From: Mobula hypostoma
Taxonomy: Eukaryota
Direction: 5' to 3'
Assembly (NCBI RefSeq): GCF_963921235.1
Contig: NC_086097.1
Coordinates: 94,986,001-95,050,000, forward strand
DNA: 64,000 bases
Below the pieces are notes generated by a model. The model was not told the DNA's origin and searched no databases. It saw nothing but the letters and a program-made list of their open reading frames with translations. Shown here in pieces: positions 51,012 through 63,590 of this stretch. The position numbers were made by a program, and so were the translations under genes. Each line of letters begins with the position of its first letter. Positions within the stretch are counted from its first letter, which is position 1.

Positions 51012-54000
51012 ACATACGGTATAGGAGCAGAACTAGGCACTTGGCCCATCGAGTAGCTGCTTCGCCATTTCATCATTTCCCTCTCAGTCCCATTCTTCTA
51101 CCTTCTCCTCAAGAATCTATGAACTTCTGCCTTAAATATACCCAATCACTTAGCCTCTACAGCTGCCGGTGGCAATGAATTCCACAGATTCACCACTCTC
51201 TGGCTAAAGAAATTCCTCCTCATCTCCATTCTAAATGCATTTCCTTCTATTCTGAGGTTTTGTCCTCTGGTCTTAGGCTCCCCCCACCATAGGAAAAGTC
51301 CTCTGTACATCCACCCTATTGAGGCCTTTCAACAGTCAATAGGTTTTCATGAGATCCCCCTCATTCTTCTGAATTCCAGTGACTACAGGCCCAGAACTAT
51401 CAAAGATTCCTTATATGATAAGCCTTTCAATCCCAGAATCATGTTCGTGAACCTCCTTTGAACCCTCTTCAATGTCAGCGTACCCTTTTTGAGATAAGGG
51501 CTCCAAAACTGCTCATAAAGCCTCAATATTATATCCTTGCTTTTATATTGAAATGAACGCTAACATTGCATTTGTCTTCCTCACCACCAAGTCAACCTGC
51601 AAATTAACCTTTAGGGAATCCTGCACAAGGACTCCCAATTTCCTTTGCACCTCAGATTTTTGAATTTTTGCTCCATTTAGAAAATAGTTTATGCTTTTAT
51701 TTTTTCTATCAAAATGCATGGCCACGCATTTCCTCATGCTGTATTCCATCTGCCATTTCTTTGCCCATTCTCCTAATCTAAGTCCTTCTGCAGCCTCTCT
51801 GCTTCATCAACACTATCTGCCCCTCCACCTATCTTCAAATCGTCCACAAACTTAGCCACAAAACCATCAGTTACATCATCCAATTAATGCATATAATGTA
51901 AAAAGAAACGGTCCCAACACAGACCTCTCCGAAACACCACTAGTTACCTGCAGCCAAGCAGAAGAGGTTTCCTTTATTCTCACTCTTGACAATCAACCAC
52001 TGTTTTATCTATGCTAGTATCTTTCCTGTAATACCATGGGCTCTTAACTTGTTAAGCAGCCTCATGTGTGGCACCTTGTCAAAGCAGGCCTTCTGAAAAT
52101 CCAAGCACAAAACATCTACTGATTCCCCTTCGTCTATCCTGCTTGTTATTTCTTCAAAGAATTCCATCTGATTTGCCAGACAAGATTTTCCCTCAGGAAA
52201 TCATGCTGACTTTGGCCTATTTTATCATGTGGCTCCAAGGACCCTGAAACCACATCCTTAACAATTGATGCCAAAACCTTCCCAATCACTGAGGTCAGAC
52301 TAACTGGCCTATAATTTTCTTTCTTCTGCTGTTCTCCCTTCTTGAAGAGTGGAGTGACATTTGCAATTTTCCAGTTCTCCAGAACTATGCCAGATTCCAT
52401 TGATTCTTGAAAGATCATTGCTAATGCCTCCACGATCTCTTCAGATATCTCTTTCAGAACCCTGGGGTGTAAACCATTTGGTCCAGGTGACTTATCTACC
52501 TTCAGGCCTTTCATTTTCCCAAGGACTTCCTCACTAGTAATGGCAACTTTACTCACTTCTATCCTCGACACTCTTGAACTTCCGACATACTGCTAGTGTC
52601 TTTCACAGTGAAGACTGATGCAAAATATTTATTCAGATCATACACCACTTCCTTATCCCCCTTTACTACCTCTCCAGCATCATTTTCCAGTGGCCTGATA
52701 TCTACTCACATCTCTCTTTTACACTTGATATATACTGAAGAAACTTTTGGTATCCTCTTCAATATTATTGACCAGCTTACCTTCGTATTCTATCTTTTCC
52801 TTCATTATTACTTTTTTAGTTGCCTTATGTTGTTTTTTAAAAGCTCTTCATTCCTCTAACTTCCCACTAAGTTTTGCTCTATTTATACGCTCTCACCGGC
52901 TTTTATCCTCCATGACCTGGATTAACACATTGATGTCGTGTGGAGGCTTGTGCGCTTCAAGGTCCCCAACAGGCAGTGCCAATTCAGGGCCGCCCATGTT
53001 GGAACGGCTGTGGATGAGATGCCAGACGAAGATTGACCCAACCTTGGCTCCCGAACGGATAGACTCGTGTCTCCCACTCCTGGGTCACACTTCAATTAGA
53101 AGTGTGAATGGCTTAGGAAACAACAACAACTGGTTTTTATGTTGGCTTTGACTTTTTTTGTCAGCCACAGTTGCATCATCCTGCCTTGAGAATACTTCTT
53201 TTCCTTGGGGTGTATCTATCCTGTGCCTTTTGAACCGCTTCCAGAAACTCCAGCCATTGCTGCTCTGCCATCATCACTGCTACTATATCCTTCCAATAAA
53301 TTTTGCTCCTTTCTCATGCCTCTGTAATTCCCTTTACTCCACTGTAATATAGATACATCTGATTTTAGCAGCTTGTTCTCAAACTGCAGGGTGAATTGTT
53401 TCACATTATGATCACTGTCTCCGATAGGTTCCTTTACCTCAGTTCCGGGTCATTGCACAACACCCAATCCAGAACAGCTGATCCCCTAGAGGGTTTAACC
53501 ATGAGCTGCTCTAAAAAGCCATCTCGTAGGCATTCCACAAATCCTTCCCCCCTCCCTCCACGCTCCACCCTGGCAACCAGAACCAAAATGATTTTCCCAA
53601 TTTACCTGCATATTGAAATCCCCTGTGCCCATTGTAACATTGCCCTTTTGACAGGCATTTTCTATCTCCTGTTGTAACTTGTAGAACACATCTTTGCCAC
53701 TGTTACGAAGTCTCATCAGGGCCTTTTTACCCTTGCAGTTTCTTAGCTCTACCCACAACAATTCTACACCTTCCAATCCTCTGTCATCTCTTTTTTATGA
53801 TTTGATTTAATTTTTTTTTACTACCAGAGCCACCCTACCTGCCTGTCCTTTTGATACAATGTGAATCCTTGGACGTAAACTCTCAGCCCACAACATCAAA
53901 CATGCCAATCTGTACTGTGCTACAAGTTTATTTACCTTATGCGTGCATTCAAATATAATGTCTTCAGTCATCACCCTTTCGATTTTGCCCCCTTTTTCAC

Positions 54001-54628
54001 ACATTGCAACTCATCTTTTTGACTGCAATTTTACCCTACCATCAGCCTCTCCTTGCTAGCAATCTTACAATACACTGCCTCTGCTTGTAAACCAACTACC
54101 CCATCCTCAGCTCTATCACCGCACTTCCCATCCCCCACCAAATTACAAACGTAGTTTAAACCCTCCTGAACAGCTCCAGCAAACCTGTCCACAAGGATAT
54201 TGGTCCCACTCAGATTCAGGTGTAACCTATCCCTTTTTTACAGGTTACACCTTCCCCAGAAGAGATCCTAAAATCTGAACCCCTGCCCCCTGCACCAGTT
54301 CCTCAGCCACACGTTCATCTGCCAAGTCATCCTATTCTTACCCTCAATGGCACTCGGCACAGGCAGCGATCCAGAGATTACTACCCTGGCAGTCCTGCTT
54401 TTCAGCTTTCTACCTAGATCCCTAAAATCTCTCTTCAGGACCTCCTCACCTTTCCTACCTATGCCACTGGTGCCAATATGTACCAAGACTTCTGGCTGCT
54501 CCTCCTCCTCCTTTAGAATGTCATGGACCCGATCCAAGACATCCCTGATTCTGGCGCCTAGGAGGCAACATGTCACCAGTGTGTCTCTATCATGTCCACA
54601 AAATCTAACCTCTGTTCCTCTAACTATG
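51012..54628 (-). mobile_element. Long decayed CR1 (partial ORF1, APE, RT, tail)
   Basis: ORFs 54268-54576 (VLVHIGT), 53495-53776 (GDFN), 52146-52571 (KSPGP, NYRPVSLTS), 51543-51749. Confidence 0.93.
52907..53128 (+). mobile_element. Non-autonomous bipartite RTE-type retroposon (5'UTR-like head and (CAA)n tail)
   Basis: TGTCGTGTGGAGGCTTG..CAGGGCCGCCCA..CCAGACGAAGA resembles recalled RTE/BovB 5' motifs; TSD ACCGGCTTTTAT/ACTGGTTTTTAT. Confidence 0.7.
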
Positions 54629-54629
54629 C

Positions 54630-54985
54630 ATCATCTATCAGCAAAGATCCCCACCATCCAGACCACATCTTCTTGAAGTTACCATCTAACAGAAGGTACT
54701 GAAACCCAAAGTCCCACAACAGCAGGTTCAAAAAGAGCTACTTCCCTTCAACTACCAAATTCATGAACCAGCCAGCAAAACATTATGAACACTTTGCACT
54801 AAAACAGACTTCTTTCTTTTTCTGTTCTAATGTGCTTTTATGTTTAAAAAACTGTGCATAATTTATGTTTTTCTTGTGGATACTGCTTATACGATGCTCT
54901 GTACTTGTAATGTTGCAAGTTTTTCATTGCACCCGTGCACACGTATACTTGTGCATATGACAATAAACTCGACTTTGACTTCAAC
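54630..54985 (+). mobile_element. Rex1/Babar-type 3' fragment
   Basis: ATCAGCAAAGATCCCCACCATCC ... GACAATAAACTCGACTTTGAC. Confidence 0.7.
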
Positions 54986-55788
54986 TTTTCCAGCTCTGGA
55001 ATGGCCTTGAGAATCTGATTAAGCTCCAATTCACATTCCCCAGAGCACTGCCCAAGTCCAGCCCAGTCTGCAGTTTACACAGCAGCCAAACTTTCTTTTT
55101 GTTACTTTGCTGCCTCACTTCGGAGAAGGTGAAGGCCATTCCCTCCCACCAGGAGAATGAAGAAAGGAAAGAGCTTGCATGCACTCGGGTGAATTGGCAA
55201 ACAACTCTTTCCCACAGGCCCCTGCAGAGGAAGTGCTTTCTTTCACAATGGAGTCAGCTTGCCTTCAAGGAACTGATCACAGCAAAGGAATGTCATCCAC
55301 GAAATGCATTCTGTCCTTTATGGTTAATTACCCGTTGGGAATGTCATATTGTAAATATAGGTAAATTTATCTATTATTGTCACATTTACCAAGATATAGA
55401 GAAAAACTTTTCCTTTGTATGGCATCCATAGAGATCACTTATTCTAACAGTTCATCCAGGTAGTACAAGGGAAAACAACACAGGAATCCAGAATAAAGTG
55501 TTACAGTTACAGAGAAAGTGCAATGCAGGCAAACCTTAAGGCCAAGGCCATTGTGAGGTTCAGACTATCTTATCATACTAGGTTTTGTTCAATAGTCCTG
55601 TAACAGTGGCAGAAAAGCCTTGAGCCTGCTGGTACATGAGTTCAGGCTTTTGCATCCTCCACACGATGGGGGGCAGGGGGAAGAAGAGAGAATGTCTGTG
55701 GGGGAAGGCATCTTTGATTAAGCTGGCTGCTTTGCTAAGGTAGCAGAAATGTGGTTCTAAACAACATAAGCTGAAATTCCACCCTCAC

Positions 55789-55938
55789 GTGACAAGTCAA
55801 GTTCTATTTTCTCTTTAACCAACTCTGTAACAAGAATGAATCCAAACAAGTCAATAACCTCTGACTCTACACAAGTCTCTATCCCACACAACATGGTTGG
55901 CATATGATTTGGGCCATTTATGTCAGCCTTGCCACATC
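55789..55938 (-). CDS. Possible upstream 150-nt symmetric exon (G)CGKADINGPNHMPTMLCGIETCVESEVIDLFGFILVTELVKEKIELDLS
   Basis: Strong acceptor TTTTTCTGTTTGTTCTCAG, donor C|GTGAGG, single open frame; not phase-adjacent to 31930. Confidence 0.35.
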
Positions 55939-56727
55939 CTGAGAACAAACAGAAAAATTAGAAGATTATCATCAACAAAACAATATGATGCGAAGTTGTT
56001 GCTGGGTAGCTGTGATTAGTGAGCCACAGCTGAGAAAACTCTTGAGTCTCGAAATTTAGTCCGGCATCTTATTTTAGGGAACAAAAGGAGGGAAAGTTTC
56101 ACTTTGGTTCTTCTATATTTCCCTGTTTTTTGTAACTGTTTTCTGCAATTAAGCCTGATGTATGCAGTATAAAATCAGACAGAACCAAAGTCGACACTGA
56201 ACAGAGAGTGGGTCATTTCAGGAGAGGAGACACAATAAAAGAATACCGAAGACAGCTTCAAATAAAACCATTGTTTGGAATAAGCAGCTACTAAGGAAAT
56301 ACGCATAATTCAAATGTACAGCTGAATGTTGGTAAGGCCACATTTGGAATACTACATACCGTTCTAATCACCATGCTCTCTGAAAGATGTCATTAAACTT
56401 GGGAGGGCACAAAAAAAGATTTACAGATGTTATCAGGACTGAAGTGCTTGAGTTATAAGGAGAGTCTAGATAGACTGATACTGCTTTCCCTGGAGGCTGA
56501 GGGATGAACTCAATAAGTCGTATAACATCATAAGGGGCACAGGTAAGGTGAATAGTCAGTCTTTCCAAAACGTTTGGGAAGTCAGAGGACTTAGGTGTAA
56601 GATGAGAGGGAAAGGTTTGAAAAGAACTTTGGGCAAGTCTTTCACACATGTGACAGTGTGTTAATGGACCAAGTTGCCAGAAGAAATATTTAAGGAAGGA
56701 ACAATTACAACCTTTAAAAGACACTCA

Positions 56728-57716
56728 GGCTACATCTACACTACGCTGGATAATTTTGAAAACGCCGGTTTTGAGTAAAAATGATAGGCGTCCACACTAA
56801 GCGTTTTTCAAAATATCTCTGTCCACATTAGATGGATATTTGGACGAATCCCCTCCTACTGGGCATGCGCAGGACACACAGAAAACAAGCGAAGAGGAAA
56901 CGGTATACTTGGTGCATGTTTGTCCAGTTACAGAGTAGAAAAACTTTAAAGGAATTGCTCTTGGCTCTCGCGCAGGAGGACTTAAAACTAAAAAAAACAA
57001 ATACTGGAGCGTATGGAGGCAACCGACAGGGAGTTCACGGACAGTATGACCCAGCTGACGACAAACGTTGAAAAACTGATAACTCTGTTGCATTAATAAA
57101 GCACCTTGTTAAATGTATAAAACTTGTCTGCATCAGTGTTATCTTGTATTTCCATACAATGTTACATTAGGCTGTTACAGATCTATTGTCAGAGAAGTAC
57201 TTGCATAAATAGGTAAAGCACCTTCATACAAGCAAGGACAGAAAACAGGGCGAAGTGAGTATACTTATTTATTCAGTAAGCTATGGGTCAAAGTATTTGG
57301 TGAGTACATTTCTACCTCTTCTGGCTTCAGTCTCGTTGCCATCTGTTCTGAAATTGTTAGGTTCTGCAAAGCGCAGAATCAAATATCGCTGTGATGATTG
57401 TATGCTCTAGTATCAATTGTTTGGCGACAATAAAGTAGTAATAATAATAATAAGAAGAATAATCAGAAGAAAACAATGAAATGCCGCGCTGTCGCCATTT
57501 GTTCCGGCACGTCATGACAGTGGTTTTAAAAAGCTCTGGTTACCCCGTACACACTGCAACGGATATTAGGCGTTTTCAGATTTATTCACTCTGGAGACCG
57601 TTTCTGAAAATCTCCATTTTCCAGGGCTGAAAACGCTGTTTCAGTGTGGACGGAAGGTCAAAATGAAGAGAAAAAGCTTTGTTTTCAAAATTATCCGGCG
57701 TAGTGTGGATGTAGCC
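56728..57716 (+). mobile_element. Non-autonomous PIF/Harbinger element
   Basis: 36-bp TIR GGCTACATC(T/C)ACACTACGC(T/C)GGATAATTTTGAAAAC; 3-bp TCA TSD; subterminal TCCACAC repeats. Confidence 0.9.
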
Positions 57717-57775
57717 TCAGACAAGTAATGGATAGGAGAGGCTTAGATATTGGTAATACACAGGCAATTGGGAGC

Positions 57776-57945
57776 AAACATGAGGAAATCTGCAGATGCT
57801 GGAATTTCAAGCAACTCACACAAAAAATGCTGGTGAACGCAGCAGGCCGGGCAGCATCTATAGGAAGAGGTACAGTCGACGTTTTGGGCCGAGACCCTTC
57901 GTCAGGACCTATAGATGCTGTTTGGCCATTTTTTGCTGTGTTGCT
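57776..57945 (-). mobile_element. Penelope terminus with partial foldback and 13-bp TSD
   Basis: Hammerhead-like motif at 57873-57908 (GAAA changed to AAAA); GGCAA(T/C)TGGGAGC at 57763 and 57946. Confidence 0.8.
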
Positions 57946-59171
57946 GGCAACTGGGAGCGGCTCAGTTAGGCAACTTGGTTACAATGGGCATTATGGGCTG
58001 AGGCATCGGTTTCCATGCATTATAGCTCTATTACTCTATCACTCTAAAATTGTGACAGAACTGCACATCAGAGCTTGAGACCATGTCCGTACATTGAATA
58101 ATTTTTGCATTTCAATGGAATTTTGTATCCAGACACAAAGTGAAGCAGCCATGCATGCATGGAACACTGAATCACTTCAGTAAAACCACTGATCAGACAA
58201 CAGGAAACCTAGTTATTTTACACTGCCATTACTTAACAAAGCTTTGGGAACATGACTGCTAATCAGTTGCCAGATGATCCTTAAAAATCCACACTTATTT
58301 TTTCTTTTAAAGACCATGAGCCAGACATTTGCCTTATCAGTGGCACAAAATAGACAATATGGATCATTTGCCGACTATATGCAAGCAATGACATTAACTT
58401 TTAGGTGCTGTGTGTCGTAAGGCAGCCAATCCATGATCACCTGGATTTGCATGTTGGCCTTCACAAGTCAGGGCAATGAGTATAAAACTTTGGAAATCAT
58501 TGTGTGTTTGTACAAGATGCTGGTGAGCTGCATTTGGAGTATTGTGTTTAGTTTTGGTCACCCTGCTATCAGAAGGATGTTGTTGAACTGGAAAGAGTGC
58601 AGAAAATTCTCGATGAAGGGTGTTGGCTTGAAACATTGACTGTTTATGCCTCTCCACAGATGTCGCCTGACCTGCTGAATTCCTTCAGCACCTTGTGTGC
58701 GTTACACAGGACAGATTTACAAGGATGTTGAGGGACTATGTTACAAGGAGCTATAACTTTATTCCTTTGAGTGGGGGAAACTGAGAGGTGATCAAATGTT
58801 GGTAAATGGGACTAGCCTAGATGGGGCATCTAGTTGGCATGGACCAGTCGATCCTAAGGACCTGTTTCAAGCTAAAAAAAAATCTGACCTGTTTTGCAAC
58901 ATTGTCCAAAGAATATCCTCCCCTTGCAAATCCTTTCTCATCTGTGATCATGCAATTCACAAGCTACAACACATTTCACCAGATTCTCTCAATAACTTCC
59001 AGTCCTATGGACTCTTTAACATAGCAAAACAGCTTTAAGTGTTTCAGAATTAAATGCAATATATCAAATTCAGCTGTAAACCACAACAATCTGGCCATTT
59101 TAGGACTTAGTGATAGCTGGACTACTATTAATACCCAAACCACTCTTATATTTTGCTTGCTTTCATAAGTT

Positions 59172-59729
59172 ACATAGAAACATAGAAAATAGGTGTAGGA
59201 GGAGGCCATTCGGCCCTTTGAGCCTGCACCGCCATTCAGTATGATCATGGCTGATCATCCAACTCAGAACCCTGTACCAGCCTTCCCCCCATACCCCCGA
59301 TCCCTTTAGCCACAAGGGCCATATCTAACTCCCTCTTAAATATAGCCAATGAAATGGCCTCAACTGTTTCCTGTGGCAGAGAATTCCACAGATTCACTAC
59401 TCTCTGTGTGAAGAAGTTTTTCCTAATCTTGGTCCTAAAAGGCTTCCCCTTTATCCTCAAACTGTGACCCCTCATTTTGGACTTCCCCAACATCGGGAAC
59501 AATCTTCCTGCCTCTAGCCTGTCAAATCCCTTTAGGATTTTATATGTTTCAATAAGATCCCCACAATCTTCTAAATTCCAACGAGTATAAGCCTAGTCGA
59601 TCCAGTCTTTCATCATATGAAAGTCCTGCCATCCCAGGAATCAATCTGGTGAACCTTCTTTGTACTCCCCCTATGGCAAGGATGCTTTGCTCAGATTAGG
59701 GGACCAAAACTGCACGCAATACTCCAGGT
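59172..59729 (-). mobile_element. Young CR1 3' fragment
   Basis: ORF 59245-59502 MRGHSLRI..FFTQRVVNLWNSLP; (TTTCTATG)n tail. Confidence 0.93.
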
Positions 59730-60769
59730 TACACATTGGTATAACACATCTTTCAGTGAACCTGGTGAGTTTGAAGGGAGTGGGCAATATACAAGCATTC
59801 TAGGCCCTGGCTACAACTTCAAACCCATCCACGTTCCTGACTTCCAGTGTTCTGGACCCAGCCGTGGCTCCAGTCGCCACATATCTAGCCCACTGTCTGG
59901 ATCTGGACCTGGATGCACCTTCAATCCCTGGCCTGACTACAAAAACTTGTTTGCACTCAGGATCTCAGCTCACATCCCAAACTAGTGAGTGAGCTGGATA
60001 CAGTACCATCAGAATTTCTGAACAATTGATGGTGGTTTCTTGCAGTTTTACTACACCAAGATAATTGCCTGATAGATGTAGCTTTTAAGTACTGTTTAAA
60101 TGATATAAAGAGGTCTTAGAAGGAAATTCCAGGGATTAGGTTCTTGGCATACTGTATGAAGGCTCAGTTGCCAACAATTAAGTAATTCAGTCCAGGAATG
60201 AGCAGGAAGCCTGAAGTTGAGAAACGTATACATCTCATGCAAGTTGTAATCTGGACAGGATTACAGAGAGAGGAGAAGCAACAGTGTGAAGGAGTTGAAA
60301 ACAAGGTTAAGGAAGATGTTATCAAACCTGAAGAACAGGAAAACTTGGGAATAATGGTTCTGAAGCAAGGAAGGATACACTGGACCAATCAAGACTAGAA
60401 GCAAAAAAAGTATGGTGAGCGTTTCAGCTGCAAGTGAGCAGAGGTAAGAAAGTACCTAACAACAATCAGAAGACAGAAGAGGCAGTCCTGCTAATGGCAT
60501 AGATTTGTGGTCTGTTTGTTAGAGGAGCAACAAACAATTCCAGCAAGCGCAAGCTTTGGTGTCTCCAGCAAGGGTACAGATTCAGATAGCTTTCCAGCAA
60601 GAGGGATGGAATTGGAATCAAGGGGATAGAAGTTGTCGTGTGAACCAAAGACAAAGGCTCGACTGTAGAATTTCTACTAAATGTACTCCTGGAGTTAGGC
60701 AATAAGTAAGTAGATACCTTGGCCAAAATATTCCACGCCAACTATCAAAAAATCCTTAAAACTAATCCT

Positions 60770-60985
60770 ATTTTATTATCCCCGCATACCTATTGGCTCC
60801 CCAAGGATCAACCACATTAATGGCAATTTACAGTGGCCAATTATCCTAGCAATCCTTTGGGATGAATGAGAAAACTGAAGCATCCAGGGAAACCCATAGG
60901 GTCACAGGGAAAATGTGCAAACTCTACTCAGACAGCACTAGAGGCCAGGATTGAACCCGGGTCACAGGAGTTGAGAGGCAGTAGT
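60770..60985 (-). mobile_element. HE1/V-SINE-type SINE (degraded)
   Basis: GGCAATTTACAGTGGCCAATTA..GTCACAGGGAAAATGTGCAAACT..GGATTGAACCCGGGTC. Confidence 0.7.
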
Positions 60986-62597
60986 GTCACAAGTGGTCAA
61001 TGGCTGAAGGTTGGATAGGCTGGACAAGACAAGACATGTCATGACCTCATAGGACGTTATTAGTGACTCTGATCAGGGATGTTTAAAGAACGTGGCAGAA
61101 ATGGAAAACTGCTGCAAGTAGAACACAAGGACTTCATGCACTAACCTGGGAAACCACATCATATTCAAAGTGCTCAGAGAAGAAAAGGTGTTTAGAGATG
61201 GTTCGTAATTTTAGGGATAGACATGTTAATCACTACAGCTGGCAGATGATCATTGGTGCACCACATTAATTCTTATTTTGGCTCCTTTATCAGTGCATGC
61301 CTTAACTTCACCATCTCTAGAGGAGATGTTCACCCAGACTTTGTTAGCCATAGGTCTTTATACAGATACTATCTCTGCATTTTTTTACCTCGCATACATC
61401 TCCTCAGGTATAGCAACCAAGATTGACAAATTATGGATGAGGTCTGACCAGTGGCAGTCTATGCAATCGCAGTCACTTTTTCTTATTGTAAATCTCAGTG
61501 GAAATGTCGTTTCTGAACTGAGCAAGTTACGGATCCAAGATCAACTCTAAAGAATTGAGTACATAACCCAGGCTTAATTTTATTAATTTCTGGGGTGAGG
61601 GTAATGTTGGCAAGACCAGCATTCATTCCCCATCCTTAATACCCTTAGGACCATGTGTGTCAAGAGGCCACTGCTGTGATGATGGCCAATCTGGGTAAAG
61701 AGGTAGATTCTCACTGTAAACAACAAAATGAAACAGAAGGGTTTGTAGTTTCATGGCCATCATTCCTGGTGTTAAGATTGACATCTGCATTGGAAATGCT
61801 TTATTCTCCTGAGATCCTGGACTAAAGGCCCTGTCTGGTATTTGTCTGAAATACCAGGCAAAGAACAAAGAAGATTCCATATCTTCAAGATTCAAGATTC
61901 CATATGTTGAATGAAAAGAAGAGCACAGGAGCTGCCCCTAATGTTCTACTCCACACTTATCCTACTACCAGGATAGCAAACCTGATGTAGAAACAAAAAA
62001 ACTATAAATACAGTATTTCGCCTTTATATTGCTAAACTGTAGGAGAAGCCGCCATCTACCAGCTCATTGTAATGAGCTTTAACACATAATAAAAACAGAA
62101 AATCTGGAAAAAGCAACAGGTGCTGCCTTTGACCTGAAATATTAAACTGCTTCTATCTCCACAGATTTGGCCTGACCTGCTGATTGTTTCCAGTGTATTC
62201 TATTCCAGATTTTCATTTTGATGTACATAGCTTATTTAAATAAGCCTTGATGGTATGTGGTGCTCAAGTTGACAAGGGTTGTGGGTGGATAACTACACAG
62301 CTTGGTCCTATCAAAGAGGAGTATTAGAATTTGTCTGATCCTCACAAGTTTTTGCAAGCCTACTTATTTATTTCTTTGTGAGCCTAGCCCTAGGTTTCAC
62401 AGCTTCAGAGTTGAAGGGCTTCACTGTGGGAATGAGACAGAATGGTCAGCAGTTTCTTTTGTTTGGGGGTGGTAGGAGAGGAGGTAAAATCACTTATTCA
62501 CTGTGGCTATTGGAAGGCAGCCTGGTAGGAATGAACTCTGCGAATGAAATATCAAATGGAGCTTCTGACTACAGCTCTCACAGTGTGCATGATGGTA

Positions 62598-63590
62598 AAG
62601 TTGGCCCTCCTTATCCGCGGGTTCCGCATGCGCGGATTCAACCAACCGCGGATTGGAAAAACCCGGAAGTTCTCTCTCCAGCACTCATTGTTTGAGTATT
62701 TTTTCTTATCATTATTTCCTAAACAATACAGTAGAGCAACTATTTACATAGCATTTACATTGTATTAGATTATTAGATTAGATTAGATTATGAGGACACG
62801 CAGTCCTCTTTTATTGTCATTTAGTAATGCATGCATTAAGAAATGACACAATATTCCTCCAGTGTGATATCACAGAAACACAGGACAGACCAAGACTGAA
62901 AAACTAACAAAAAAAACGTAATTATAACATATAGTTACAACAGTGCAACAATACCATAACTTGATGGAGAACAGGCCATGGTCACAGTAAAAAAGTTCAA
63001 ACTCTCTCGAAAGTCCCACGTCTCATGCAGGCGAGAGAAGGAAGAAAACACTCTCTGCCATGCCTGACCACAGTCCGACTCTGAGTCGTCCGAAAACTTT
63101 GAGCCTCCGATCAACCCTCTGACACCGAGTACCAAGCACCATCTCTGCCGAACGCTTCGACCCCAGCCTCGGTCGCCAGCAGCAGGCAAAGCCGGGGATT
63201 TTGGAGCCTTCCCTCCAGAGATTCTCGATCGCACAGTAGCAGCGGCAGCGAACGGGCATTTCAGAAGTTTTCTCCAGATGTTCCTCTGCTTCTCACGTCT
63301 ATCTCCATCAAATCAGAATTGTGCATGGTACCCTACTTACAAATATGATATCATTTCACCGGAGAGCTGCGCGTGCTGCATTGCGCCACCATCTTCTCCT
63401 CCCACCTCCTTCTCCTCCATTATATTAGGTATTATAAGTAATCTAGAGATGATTTAAAGTACACGGGAGGATGTGCGTAGGTTATATGCAAATACTACGC
63501 CATTTTATATAATGGACTTGAGCATCTGCGTTTTTTAGTATCCGCAGGGGGTCCCGGAACCAATCCCCTGCAGATAGGGAGGGCCGACTG
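62598..63590. mobile_element. MER2-like Tigger MITE (~333 bp without its nested insertion)
   Basis: TA TSDs; termini AAGTTGGCCCTCCTTATC / GATAGGGAGGGCCGACTG; internal sequence resembles my recollection of the MER2 consensus in antisense. Confidence 0.85.
62769..63417 (-). mobile_element. Non-coding ~650-bp retroposon with LINE-type 3' end and 11-bp TSD
   Basis: Minus strand starts GAGGAGAAGGAGGTGGGAGGAGAAGATGGTGGCG and ends GACAATAAAA-GAGGAC tgcgt GTCCTC-(TAATC)n; TSD CATT(G/A)TATTAG. Confidence 0.8.

Larger units (their letters stand above)
56300..58045 (+). mobile_element. Old CR1 3' fragment carrying Harbinger and Penelope insertions
   Basis: TTGGTAAGGCCACATTTGGAATA ... TTTAAAAGACACTCA|GACAAG ... 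(ACTCTAT)n tail. Confidence 0.75.

Noticed and set aside
58888..58962. Possible 75-nt minus-strand exon LVNCMITDEKGFARGGYSLDNVAKQ
   Set aside because: Poor polypyrimidine tract; phase incompatible with the 55938 candidate.
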